Part shown: one piece after another, positions 11,397 through 20,755 of the stretch
How positions within the stretch are numbered: position 1 is the first letter of the stretch
Layout of the letters: each line of letters starts with the position of its first letter
Notes under the pieces: generated by a model
What the model saw: only the letters and a program-made list of their open reading frames with translations
Told to the model about the DNA's origin: nothing
Database searches by the model: none
Assembly (NCBI GenBank): GCA_009692505.1
Contig: SHZC01000006.1
Coordinates: 1,583 to 65,582, forward strand
Direction: 5' to 3'
Length of the DNA: 64,000 nucleotides
Source of the DNA: Myxococcales bacterium
Lineage (GTDB): Bacteria; Myxococcota_A; Bradymonadia; UBA7976; UBA1532
Translations under genes and position numbers: made by a program

Positions 11397-12607
11397 GCGA
11401 GGCGGCCCCGGAGACGTCTGCCGAGCCGTTCTGCGTCAAGGGATTTCGCTTGGGCGGCGTGGTCGCGGGCATCAAGAAACGCGGCGGGCCGGACCTGGGC
11501 ATCATCATCGCGGAGGGCCGCGTCGCCTGCGCCGGAGTCTTCACGAAGAACCTCGTCGAGGCCGCGCCCGTCACGCTGAGCCGCGCCCGACTCGTGCAGG
11601 AGCCCGTGGCCCGCGTGGTCGTCGTGAACAGCGGGAACGCCAACGCCTGCACGGGCGAAGTGGGCCTCAAAGACGCAACGGAGACCGCGGTCCTTGTGGC
11701 CGCGCTCTTAGGCTGCGAGAGCCGCGATGTGCAGATCTGCAGCACGGGGGTCATCGGCGCGCCGCTCCCCATGGAGAAGCTGCGGACAAGCCTGCCCGTC
11801 GTGCTCGAGGCCGCCCACGCCCACGGCCTGCCCGAGTTCGCCCGGGCCATCATGACCACCGATACGCGCCCCAAGATGCGCGGCGAGTCGGTGCTCATCG
11901 ACGGCGTGGAGATCACGGTCGCCGGCGCGTGCAAGGGCGCGGGCATGATCCACCCGAACATGGCGACGATGCTGGCCTTCGTACTCACCGACGCGTCTGT
12001 GGACGGGCGCTCGCTGGAGGCCATCTGGCGTCGGGTCTGCGGCCGGACGTTTAACGCCATCTCCATCGACGGCGATACGAGCACCAACGACACGGCGCTG
12101 TGTCTGGCGAGCGGCGCGGCCTCGGAGCAGGCGCTGACCTCCGAGGGGCTCGTTGCGTTCGAGGCCGTCTTGGATCGCGTGGCCGGTGAGCTTTCTCGGG
12201 ACATCGTGCGCGACGCCGAGGGCGCCACCAAGGCCGTCTCGATCATCGTGCGGGGCGCCGCCAACGAGGCAGACGCTCGAACCGCCGCCTCCACCATCGC
12301 TACGAGCCCCCTGGTCAAGACGGCCATTCACGGGGAGGACCCCAACTGGGGCCGCCTCGTCGCCGCGGCCGGTCGGAGCGGTGCCGCCTTTGACCCCGCG
12401 CGTATCAGCGTCTTCGTCGGCGACGTCCTGATCTTCGGGCAGAACCGGTGGCACGGCGCCCTTGCCGAGCGGCTCGCCCACGAGGTCATGAAGCGGCGCG
12501 AGTTCGACATCACGCTGGACCTGGGCGCGGGCTCGTGGGCCCACACGGTGTTCACCTGCGACCTGTCTGCCGAGTACGTGCGGATCAACGCCGACTACCG
12601 AAGCTGA
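11393..12607 (+). CDS. argJ: Bifunctional glutamate N-acetyltransferase / amino-acid acetyltransferase ArgJ
   Basis: ArgJ motifs (KGF...AGIKK, ATML at the autocatalytic Thr site); its GTG start overlaps the secA stop (GTGA), indicating translational coupling. Confidence 0.88.
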
Positions 12608-12687
12608 GAGCGAGACGAACCACGCCTTGACGAGATCCGCGGGCATCGTTGAAAGTGCGGCGGCACTTCGGACCTAGGGTGAGCGTC

Positions 12688-14010
12688 ATGGCGAGTCGAA
12701 TTCGAGTCTCTCGGTCCCTGCTCACGAGCCTCGCGGCCCTCGTGCCCCTGGCCCCCCTCGTCGCCCACGCCGATGAGTCCGATCCGGCGTGTATCCCCGA
12801 CAAGAGCAGCCTGGGGTGGACCCAGCCGAAGAACGTGCCCATCGTCGCGGACGGCGCCGCCCGCTGGCCGCTCGATGCGACGATCCGCGTGGCTTATACG
12901 GGCCCGTGGTGCCCGGGCGACGATATGCGCATCACGCTCGTCGAGAAGGAGACGGGTGTGGGCGTGCCCACCGAGGTGCGGGTCCACACGCCCTACGCCC
13001 TCTTCCACAACGAGCCCCCGCCGCTCAACGTCCTGGACATCGATCCCATCCCGCTGCTGAAGGAGCGCACCGATTACGCGCTCACCCTTCGGCCGCCGGA
13101 GCCGTCGCTCTCGCTCTACGAGGAGTACCTGCTCGAGTTCCGGACGAGCAATCGCAATATGCGGCCCATCGAGGGCTTCGCGGGGATCAGCGGTGTCGAG
13201 GCCGAGAACGAGGAGAGCCGCTGCTGGGGCGAGAAGGTCTTCAAGTTCGCCGACTACGACGACATGGTGCCCGACCCCCCCTGCGCTCGGGACCGCCGCA
13301 TCGCCGTGCGCGCCGTCTATCAGCCGCTCGACGCCGCCGAGGTAACCTACGCCATCTACCATACGCGCTCGGTGGCGCTCGACGTCGACGGCAACGAGCT
13401 GCTCGATGATCCCACGTTCACCGATGAGGCCACGCTCGTCGGCTTCGAAGGCGGCGCGAGTGACCAGGGCAATGGCGTGGCCGAGCGACGAACCCCCTTC
13501 ACCACGGCGTATCAGGTCCTGCCGCGTCGCGAGTGTTTCGCGGTGGTCATGCTCGACGAGTGGGGCCGCGAGGTGGGCGACGTGACCAACGCCGCCTGCA
13601 TCGACATCCCCATCCTCGATCCCTGTCCGCAGCCCAACGGCAATATGCAGAGCTATCCGCCGCCCAACCCCTTTGACGTGCGAACGCCGGTCGAGGGCCT
13701 GTACTGCGAGGACACCTGCCTCAACGGCGGGGACTGCGAGAACCACGAGCCCGTCGACGAGCCGGACCCACCCATGGGCGGGGGCGGCGGCGCGGGCGGC
13801 GCGAGCGGGGACGGCGGCCCCTCTGGCGGCGGCGGCGGGGCAGTCGCGACCGACGGTGGCCCCGCGGGTGCCGACGGAGGCTCGGGCAGCGATGGCGACG
13901 ACCCCACGGGCTGTGTCTGTTCAACCACCTCCACGCGGCCCGGTCTCGGACTGGCGCTCCTCTCGACGCTTCTCCTCGGCTTCCGTCTGCGTTCGCGGCA
14001 CAATCGCTGA
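12688..14010 (+). CDS. Secreted protein with C-terminal MYXO-CTERM sorting domain
   Basis: Signal peptide MASRIRVSRSLLTSLAALVPLAPLVAHA, a poly-Gly/Ser linker, then GCVCSTTSTRPGLGLALLSTLLLGFRLRSR (Cys motif, TM helix, basic tail). Confidence 0.7.
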   Translation: MASRIRVSRSLLTSLAALVPLAPLVAHADESDPACIPDKSSLGWTQPKNVPIVADGAARWPLDATIRVAYTGPWCPGDDMRITLVEKETGVGVPTEVRVHTPYALFHNEPPPLNVLDIDPIPLLKERTDYALTLRPPEPSLSLYEEYLLEFRTSNRNMRPIEGFAGISGVEAENEESRCWGEKVFKFADYDDMVPDPPCARDRRIAVRAVYQPLDAAEVTYAIYHTRSVALDVDGNELLDDPTFTDEATLVGFEGGASDQGNGVAERRTPFTTAYQVLPRRECFAVVMLDEWGREVGDVTNAACIDIPILDPCPQPNGNMQSYPPPNPFDVRTPVEGLYCEDTCLNGGDCENHEPVDEPDPPMGGGGGAGGASGDGGPSGGGGGAVATDGGPAGADGGSGSDGDDPTGCVCSTTSTRPGLGLALLSTLLLGFRLRSRHNR

Positions 14011-14026
14011 GTCTCGGAAACTAAAA

Positions 14027-15337
14027 ATGGCAAACATCGAAGCCCGCGTCCTTCGCGGCTTTCGAGACTATCTGCCCGACGTGATGTTGCCTCGGCAGCG
14101 GATGTTGGAGGTCGTCTCGGGGGTCTTTGAGTCTTTCGGATTCTCGCCGCTGAGCACCCCCGCGCTCGAGTACGCCGACGTGCTCGTCGGCAAGTACGGC
14201 GAGGAGGGCGAGAAGCTCCTGTACCGATTCCTGGACAATGGCGAGCGGGACGTCGCGCTGCGGTACGACCTGACGGTGCCCCTCGCCCGGCTCGTGGACA
14301 TGAACCGCGACCTCGTGCGCCCGTTCAAGCGATACCAGATCGCCCCCGTCTGGCGCGCCGAGACCCCCGGCCGCGGGCGCTTCCGCGAGTTCGTCCAGTG
14401 CGACATCGACATCGTCGGCAGCGACTCGCTCATGGCCGACGCCGAGTGCCTGGCTGTCGGCGCATCTGTCCTCGAAGCGCTCGGCGTCTCTCGCTTCGTC
14501 CTGCGAATCAATAACACCAAGCTGCTCACGGGGCTCATGCACAAGATAGGCGTCTCGTCGGACGCCGAGCAAGCGCTGCTCCGGACCGTCGATAAGCTCC
14601 CGAAGATCGGTGAGGCTCGGACCCGCGAGCTGCTCGCCACGGAGAGCAAGCTGTCGGCGAGCGGCGTGGACGCCGTCTTTGAGTTTCTCCGCTTGAAGCC
14701 CGAGGCGCTCGACGACTACTTTGTGGGCAACGACGTGGGCCTCAAAGGTGCGTCGGAGCTGCGGACCGTGCTCGCGCTCGCCCGTGACCTCGGCGTCTCG
14801 GACAAGGTCGAGGTCGACCTCTCCATCGCGCGTGGCCTCGACTACTACACCGGCACGATCTACGAGACGTTTCTCTTAGATTTGGAGAGCATCGGCTCGG
14901 TCATGTCCGGCGGGCGATACGACACGCTCCTCGCCATGTTCGGCGGAGAGGCGCTCCCGGCCGTGGGCATCAGCCTCGGCGTCGATCGCCTCTTCTCCGC
15001 GCTTCAGGAGCTTGGCCTCGTCGTCGCCAAGGCCTCGCCGACGCAGGTGCTCGTTACCGTCTTCGACGAGGGCACCCGCGCCGCTTCCTACGCTGTCGCC
15101 GCAAGGCTGCGTCAAGCCGGCCTCAACGTCGAGGTCTTCTTGGGCACGGGCAAGCTCAAGAAGCAGTTCCAGTACGTCGATCGCAAGCGCATCCCCTTCG
15201 CCGTCGTCTCGGGTCCCGACGAGCTTCAACGGGGTGAGGTCACCCTGAAGCACATGTCGTCCGGCGAACAGACGACGTTCGTCTGGCAAGACGAGGCCGG
15301 GATCGTCAGCCTCGCCGAACGTGTGCGCGCCGGATGA
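14027..15337 (+). CDS. hisS: Histidine--tRNA ligase
   Basis: Class II aaRS motifs (RYDLTVPLAR, FKRYQIAPVWRAE, GGGRYD) and overall HisS architecture. Confidence 0.9.
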   Translation: MANIEARVLRGFRDYLPDVMLPRQRMLEVVSGVFESFGFSPLSTPALEYADVLVGKYGEEGEKLLYRFLDNGERDVALRYDLTVPLARLVDMNRDLVRPFKRYQIAPVWRAETPGRGRFREFVQCDIDIVGSDSLMADAECLAVGASVLEALGVSRFVLRINNTKLLTGLMHKIGVSSDAEQALLRTVDKLPKIGEARTRELLATESKLSASGVDAVFEFLRLKPEALDDYFVGNDVGLKGASELRTVLALARDLGVSDKVEVDLSIARGLDYYTGTIYETFLLDLESIGSVMSGGRYDTLLAMFGGEALPAVGISLGVDRLFSALQELGLVVAKASPTQVLVTVFDEGTRAASYAVAARLRQAGLNVEVFLGTGKLKKQFQYVDRKRIPFAVVSGPDELQRGEVTLKHMSSGEQTTFVWQDEAGIVSLAERVRAG

Positions 15338-15341
15338 GCCG

Positions 15342-15878
15342 ATGATCGAAGCCTTCACCGCCCGACGTCTGGCCACCGAGATCCTCGCCGGTCTTGAACG
15401 TCGGCGGCCGTCTCTCCTCGATGACGAGGCCTCGGTGAGGGCGGCGATGGAGGCAGCACTTCTCCCGGTCCGGAGAGAGTACGCCTCGCGCGATCTGCCG
15501 GCCGTGTACCTGACGGCGCTCGAGCAGGAGCTCCTCGCGAGCATCCCGACCCGCTGGCTCGACTCGGCCCGTCAGTTCACCGCCGACGAGCGACGCCACT
15601 TCGGGATCTGGCGGGGCGGGGATGTCATCGCCCGGCTCTCGTTTTTGGCCGTCGGCGCGCTCGTCGGGGCGTTCATCGTCTGGGCACCGTTTATCCCCAT
15701 CTGGGAGAAGTGGCTGCCGATCCCCTTGGCCATCGCCGCCTGGTACTTGCCCGACCTCCAGGCCTCGTGGCATCGGCGCCGGTATGCTCGCAGGCTCGGC
15801 GAGATTGTGATGTCACTCGAGACGGCGCAAGCCCAGCTCGATCGACGTTTGACTCATGAGGTGAGCTTCGATGACTGA
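15342..15878 (+). CDS. Hypothetical membrane protein (first gene of SPFH operon)
   Basis: ATG lies 5 nt after the hisS stop; two predicted TM helices (LSFLAVGALVGAFIVWAPFIPIW, LPIPLAIAAWYL); its stop overlaps the next gene's start. Confidence 0.5.
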   Translation: MIEAFTARRLATEILAGLERRRPSLLDDEASVRAAMEAALLPVRREYASRDLPAVYLTALEQELLASIPTRWLDSARQFTADERRHFGIWRGGDVIARLSFLAVGALVGAFIVWAPFIPIWEKWLPIPLAIAAWYLPDLQASWHRRRYARRLGEIVMSLETAQAQLDRRLTHEVSFDD

Positions 15879-16965
15879 TCCCATTCGACCCCATCTGCCC
15901 CGCTCATTCTTGGGCCTCGTCCGCGGGGCGCTCAGCCTGCTCGGGCGCTTCATCCGCTTCTTCTTCTCGCGGCGACTCGTCTGGCTCCCTGTCCTCGGTT
16001 TGGGGGCCGGGCTCTGGGCTTGGGGGGCCTGCACCGACTACGTCCCACCCGGGCACGTCGGCCTCGTCCAGCGAATCTACGGCGACGGGGCGGGCATTCA
16101 GCCGACGCCGCTCGTGACCGGGCTGCACTTTATCAACCCGCTCAGCGAGCGACTGCACGCCTTCCCCGTGGACCTCCAGGTCCTGAACTTCAGCGACGCC
16201 CAGAGCGAGCAGAGCGAAGAGTTCCGTAGCACGCCGTCGATCAAGATCCAGACGAGCGACGGCTATCAGGTTCAACTCGACGTCTCGGTCCTGTATCGCG
16301 TGACCGACGCCTATCTCGTCTTCACCGAGGCCGGACCGGGTCGAGCCTTCGAAGATCGCCTCATCATCCCCAGAGCCGATCGCATCCTGCGAAAGACCCT
16401 CGGGGACCTGAACGCCGAGCAGTTCTATCAGGGGCCGCAGCGCATCGAGAAGTCGAACGCGGCCCATGAGCAGCTCGCGGCGGACCTGACGGGCGTGGGC
16501 GTGCAGGTCGAGGCCGTGCTCGTGCGCCGCTACGTCTACGACAGCAAGTACCAGGAGATCATCGAGTCCCGGAAGATCAAGGACCAGACGGTCTTCCTGC
16601 GACAGGCCGAAGCGAAAGCCGCCATCGAGGAGCGCAAGCGGGACACCATCGTCAGCGAAGGTCAGGCGACCGTGACCGTGGAGCTGTCGCGGGGCGAGAG
16701 TGATGTGAAGAAGCTCCTCGCGGACGCGGAGCTTTACCGGCGCAGGCGCCAGTCCGAGGGACGCCTCCTCGTCGATCTCGCCGACGCCAAAGGCACTCAG
16801 CTGGAGAACGACGCGCTCCAGGGCGCGGGCAGCGAGAACATGGTCGGCCTAAGAATGGCCGAAGTCCTGACGGGCATCAAAGTGCTCGTCTTGTCGACCG
16901 ATGGGGAGCGTGGGTTCAACCCGCTGGATCTCGGCGCGGTGCTCGACCGCTTTGAGGTGAAGTGA
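15871..16965 (+). CDS. SPFH/band-7 (stomatin/prohibitin/HflKC-like) membrane protein
   Basis: N-terminal TM helix followed by SPFH-domain signatures and a coiled-coil C-terminus; overlaps both neighbouring genes by a few bases. Confidence 0.75.
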   Translation: MTDPIRPHLPRSFLGLVRGALSLLGRFIRFFFSRRLVWLPVLGLGAGLWAWGACTDYVPPGHVGLVQRIYGDGAGIQPTPLVTGLHFINPLSERLHAFPVDLQVLNFSDAQSEQSEEFRSTPSIKIQTSDGYQVQLDVSVLYRVTDAYLVFTEAGPGRAFEDRLIIPRADRILRKTLGDLNAEQFYQGPQRIEKSNAAHEQLAADLTGVGVQVEAVLVRRYVYDSKYQEIIESRKIKDQTVFLRQAEAKAAIEERKRDTIVSEGQATVTVELSRGESDVKKLLADAELYRRRRQSEGRLLVDLADAKGTQLENDALQGAGSENMVGLRMAEVLTGIKVLVLSTDGERGFNPLDLGAVLDRFEVK

Positions 16966-17987
16966 TGTCCTCTCGAATTGGCCGTCTGGCCTTTACTCTC
17001 GCGCTGCTCGCCCCAGGCTGCGTCTCGCACTCCACCGATGAGACAGAGGTCGGCGTACTCGTCTGCAAGCTCAGCATCGGCTGCCCCACGCTCGGCGTTC
17101 AGCAGGCCGTCTACCCACCGGGGTCCACGCACTTCTTCCTCGCGGGCGTTCGTGATTGGTACACCTTCGATACCAAGGTCCAAAACCTGGAGATGATGGC
17201 GAGCGCCAGTAAGGGCGACCGGGCCCACGCTGACGATCTTCAGTTCAAGACCACCGACGGCTCCGACGTCTCGATGGACATCACCGTCGTCTGGAGCATC
17301 GAGACGGGCAAGGCCCCGCTCCTGCTCGAGACCGTCGGCGTGAACACCGAGGAGGTCAAAGAGAAGCTCGTGCGCCCGATGGCCCGCTCGCTGGTGCGGG
17401 ACGTGCTCAACGAGCTCGACAGCGAGTCGCTCTACAACGCCGACCGACGTTTCCAGCAGGCGGACGCTGCGCAGCGCACCCTTGCCGCCGCCCTCCAGCC
17501 TTTTGGGATTGTGGTCTCGCGGGTCATCCTCCACGAGCACCGCTTCACGCCCGAGTACGAGAAGGTCATCCAGCAGCGAAAGCTGGCTGAGCAGCGCGCC
17601 GAGCAGCTTAAGAGCGAGGCCGAGGCGGCCCAGCAAGAGGCCTTGCGTGACCTGGAAGGGGCGCGTGGCAAAGCGGCCTCCGACACCGCGTCGGCCCAAG
17701 GCGCGCTGAGCCGGGCCAAGCTCGAGGCCGACGCGCACCTCTATGAGCAGCAGCAGAACGCCGACGCGATCCTGATCGAGCGGACGGCCAAGGCGCAGTC
17801 GATCGCCAAACAGAACGAGGCGCTTCGGGGGGCCGGCGGTCGGGCCATGGTCAAGCTGAAGGTCGCCGAAGCCCTGAAGGGCAAGTCCATCGCGCTCGTG
17901 CCGGGGGGCGGCAGCGGGGCGATTCAGCGCCTCGACGTCAACAGGATGGTCGAGCTGTTCATGGCCCAGCCGGCCGCGGGGCCTTGA
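16962..17987 (+). CDS. SPFH/band-7 domain lipoprotein
   Basis: Lipobox LLAPGC, then an SPFH domain and an A/Q/E-rich coiled-coil; coupled to the upstream SPFH gene (ATGA overlap). Confidence 0.75.
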   Translation: MMSSRIGRLAFTLALLAPGCVSHSTDETEVGVLVCKLSIGCPTLGVQQAVYPPGSTHFFLAGVRDWYTFDTKVQNLEMMASASKGDRAHADDLQFKTTDGSDVSMDITVVWSIETGKAPLLLETVGVNTEEVKEKLVRPMARSLVRDVLNELDSESLYNADRRFQQADAAQRTLAAALQPFGIVVSRVILHEHRFTPEYEKVIQQRKLAEQRAEQLKSEAEAAQQEALRDLEGARGKAASDTASAQGALSRAKLEADAHLYEQQQNADAILIERTAKAQSIAKQNEALRGAGGRAMVKLKVAEALKGKSIALVPGGGSGAIQRLDVNRMVELFMAQPAAGP

Positions 17988-19305
17988 GGTTTGCGGTGGC
18001 CCGCTCCTGGAGGAGGATCGCCTCGAAGGTCGCCGTCATCTCCGCGCTGGCCCCCTCTCGCGCACGGCGCAGCAGCCCCTCGACAAGGCCAGTCCCCGCG
18101 CTCTCCCGGAGGTCTCCGGCGTGGATGCCGCCGGCGTCGGGGACCGACCAGATCTCGCCGACCGTGATCTGGTCGAGGGGACGCGCGGGCACGACCTCCA
18201 GGCTCGTGTCTGGACCGTCCACGACGAGCACGTAGTCGCGCTGCTTGAGCGCGAGGATCACCGGTGAGACCTCATCGACGGCGAGCTCGAGCAGCGCGCC
18301 GATCTCCTCGATTCGAATGCCCCCACCGACCTCGCGAAAGCGGCGAGCGACCTCGTAGAAGACCCGGACGGTGACGTAGCCGGTCGGCGCGAGTCGGCTG
18401 ATGGCGGTGCGACGGCCCCGTCGAAGCTGCACCTCCTCGGCGAGGCTTCGGCGGTGCTGGATGAAGTAGCTGAGCTGCACGCCCGTAAGGACGACGATCC
18501 ACAAGATGTAGACCCAGAGGAAGAAGACCGGGACGAGGGCGAAGGAGCCGTAAATCATGCTGTTCGTCGAGCCGGAGTAGACGAGCGTCATGTAGGTGTT
18601 GAAGAGTGCCTTCGAGGCCTCGAAGGCGGTGCCCGCGAAGGCCCCGCCGATGGCCGCCGAACGCCAGTGGACCTTGCTGTGGGGCATGAGCTTGTAGAGC
18701 AAAGTCAACGCGCAGGCCTCGAGGGCCCAGGCCGAGAGCGCGGCGGCGAAGGCCAGTCTGAAGGGCAAGGTTTCAAGCTCGCCGCTGATCTCGCCGGCGA
18801 CATAAACCCCGAGCCCAATGAGCGCGGGGGCCAAGGTGATCACCGCGTAGAACGTGGTCACCCGGCGGTGAAGAGGTCGCTGCGCCGGCACCCGCCAGAT
18901 GCGGTTGAACGCCTGCTCGATGGAGAAGAATAACGAGACGGCGGTCAGCAGCAGGAAGAGGAACCCCACCAGGCCCACGGTCCCTGACTGCGCCCGCGTC
19001 GTGAACTGCTCAATGAGCGTGGTCACCTCGGTCACGGAGTCGGCCAGGAAGGTCGTGACCAGAAAGTGACGCACCGACGAGACGATCTCCTGACTATCCG
19101 TGAACGTCTGGAAGATGGCGAAGAACACCGCCAGCAGGGGGACCAGGCTCAGGATCGTCGTGAACGCCAGGGAGGACGCGATGCCGAGGCACTGGTCGGC
19201 GATGAGGTGCTCGACGAGATCAAGGGTCCAGAGGCAAGCGCGGAAGTGCGGTCCGCGAGCCACGCGGGCTTCAATGAAGTCGCGGACTTTCGAGAGGACC
19301 GCCAT
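17959..19305 (-). CDS. YihY/BrkB (ribonuclease BN-like) family inner membrane protein
   Basis: 448 aa with six TM helices in the YihY family arrangement plus a C-terminal cytoplasmic domain. Confidence 0.8.
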   Translation of the reverse strand: MAVLSKVRDFIEARVARGPHFRACLWTLDLVEHLIADQCLGIASSLAFTTILSLVPLLAVFFAIFQTFTDSQEIVSSVRHFLVTTFLADSVTEVTTLIEQFTTRAQSGTVGLVGFLFLLLTAVSLFFSIEQAFNRIWRVPAQRPLHRRVTTFYAVITLAPALIGLGVYVAGEISGELETLPFRLAFAAALSAWALEACALTLLYKLMPHSKVHWRSAAIGGAFAGTAFEASKALFNTYMTLVYSGSTNSMIYGSFALVPVFFLWVYILWIVVLTGVQLSYFIQHRRSLAEEVQLRRGRRTAISRLAPTGYVTVRVFYEVARRFREVGGGIRIEEIGALLELAVDEVSPVILALKQRDYVLVVDGPDTSLEVVPARPLDQITVGEIWSVPDAGGIHAGDLRESAGTGLVEGLLRRAREGASAEMTATFEAILLQERATANLKAPRPAGP

Positions 19306-19330
19306 CGTTTAGACCCTCACAGGCAGACCC

Positions 19331-19993
19331 TCACTGGGGGCACATGGCCTCATCGGAGCCGTCTTCGCAATCGGGCTCTTCGTCGCAGACATACTCGCCC
19401 GGCACCTGACTGAGACCATCGGCGCAGTCGAAGGGTGGGCCGGGTGGGAAGGCCACATCGACCGCGGCGATGTAGGCGGTGTACTCGGCCTCGCAGGGGT
19501 AGGGATCGACGTCCTCCTCGTTGTGGTGGGCGTAGTCCTCGCAGCTCAGCGCCGCGACGCAGGTATCGATGACCTCGGTGGCCGTGAGCATGTCGACGAG
19601 GGCCTCACGCGACGCGGCGAGAGTGAGCTCGTCGAGGGCGTCCTCGGTCATCGTGCACTCGCCTTCACAGACGGCGGCATCACCCGGCGGCTCCGAGCAC
19701 ATGGCGTCGTTGGCGCAGTATAGAAGGCAGCTCTGCTCGACGCTCTCGAGGAGCGCGACCACCTCTGCGTCCCCGCGCACGTCGATGGGGACGGGGGGCT
19801 CAGGCATCGTGCCGCCCGTGCCGCCCGCGCCACCCGTGCCACCCTCGCCGCCCTCCGGGACCGCGCCACCCGCGCCGCCCGTGCCGCTATCCGGGGCCGC
19901 GCCACCCGCGCCGCCCGCCTCCGGACCCGCGGAGTTCGGCACGTCGCATCCCGCCACACTCAAACCGGCGATCAAGAGCAACTTCAGCTTCAT
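19331..19993 (-). CDS. Lipoprotein with Gly-rich linker and acidic Cys-rich domain containing an LDL-receptor class A-like calcium-binding motif
   Basis: Lipobox LLLIAGLSVAGC; (GGAGG)n linker; motif YVCDEEPDCEDGSDEAMC; AGGAG RBS 6 nt upstream of the ATG at 19993. Confidence 0.6.
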   Translation of the reverse strand: MKLKLLLIAGLSVAGCDVPNSAGPEAGGAGGAAPDSGTGGAGGAVPEGGEGGTGGAGGTGGTMPEPPVPIDVRGDAEVVALLESVEQSCLLYCANDAMCSEPPGDAAVCEGECTMTEDALDELTLAASREALVDMLTATEVIDTCVAALSCEDYAHHNEEDVDPYPCEAEYTAYIAAVDVAFPPGPPFDCADGLSQVPGEYVCDEEPDCEDGSDEAMCPQ

Positions 19994-20008
19994 CAATGAC
20001 TCCTGTGC

Positions 20009-20755
20009 TTAGGCCCGGCCGGCCTTTTGAAGGAACGCTTGCGTCGTCGCGTGTCGAGGGTCGCCGAAGACCTCCTCGGGCGGGCCGTGCTCCACGTCGT
20101 GACCGTCGGCGAAGACGTGAACGTGGGTGGCGACGGTCCGGGCAAAAGACATGGAGTGGGTCACGACGATCATCGTCTGGCCGTCGGACGCGAGATCGGC
20201 GATGACCGAGAGCACCTCGTTGGCCATGACCGGATCGAGGGCGCTGGTGGGCTCGTCGAACAAGATCGCCTCGGGCTGCATGACGAGCGTGCGGGCGATG
20301 GCGACGCGCTGCTGCTGGCCACCGGAGAGGTTGCGCGGATAGGCGTCGTGTTTGTGCGAGAGGCCGACGCGATCGAGCAGCTTCGCGGCCCGGATCGAGG
20401 CCTGCTCGCGGCTCTCACCGAGCACCTGGACGGGGGCCTCCATGAGGTTCTGGAGGACCGTGAGGTGGGGGAAGAGGTTGAACTGCTGGAACACGAACCC
20501 GACGCGCCGCCGCACGTTTTGGAGCAGCTTGCCGTCCCGTCGGGGGTCAATGTCCGGGGTCAGCGAGTGCTCGCCTATGCGGACGTGCCCGCCTTGAAAT
20601 TGCTCGAGGCCATTGAGGCAGCGCAGGAACGTGCTCTTGCCCCCTCCGGAGGGACCGATGACCGCGGCGACCTCGCCCCGGCGGACCTCGAGGCTGATGC
20701 CGCGAAGGATCTCCAGCGCGCCGTGTCGCTTGACCAAAGAGTCGACCGAGATCAT
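20009..20755 (-). CDS. Amino-acid ABC transporter ATP-binding protein
   Basis: Walker A GPSGGGKST, ABC signature LSGGQQQRV, Walker B ILFDEPTSALD, and the Q and H loops. Confidence 0.9.
   Translation of the reverse strand: MISVDSLVKRHGALEILRGISLEVRRGEVAAVIGPSGGGKSTFLRCLNGLEQFQGGHVRIGEHSLTPDIDPRRDGKLLQNVRRRVGFVFQQFNLFPHLTVLQNLMEAPVQVLGESREQASIRAAKLLDRVGLSHKHDAYPRNLSGGQQQRVAIARTLVMQPEAILFDEPTSALDPVMANEVLSVIADLASDGQTMIVVTHSMSFARTVATHVHVFADGHDVEHGPPEEVFGDPRHATTQAFLQKAGRA

Noticed and set aside
13741-13900. GC-rich GGC/GGG run considered as a simple-sequence non-coding repeat
   Set aside because: It is in-frame and encodes the poly-Gly/Ser linker preceding the MYXO-CTERM tail of the 12688..14010 protein.
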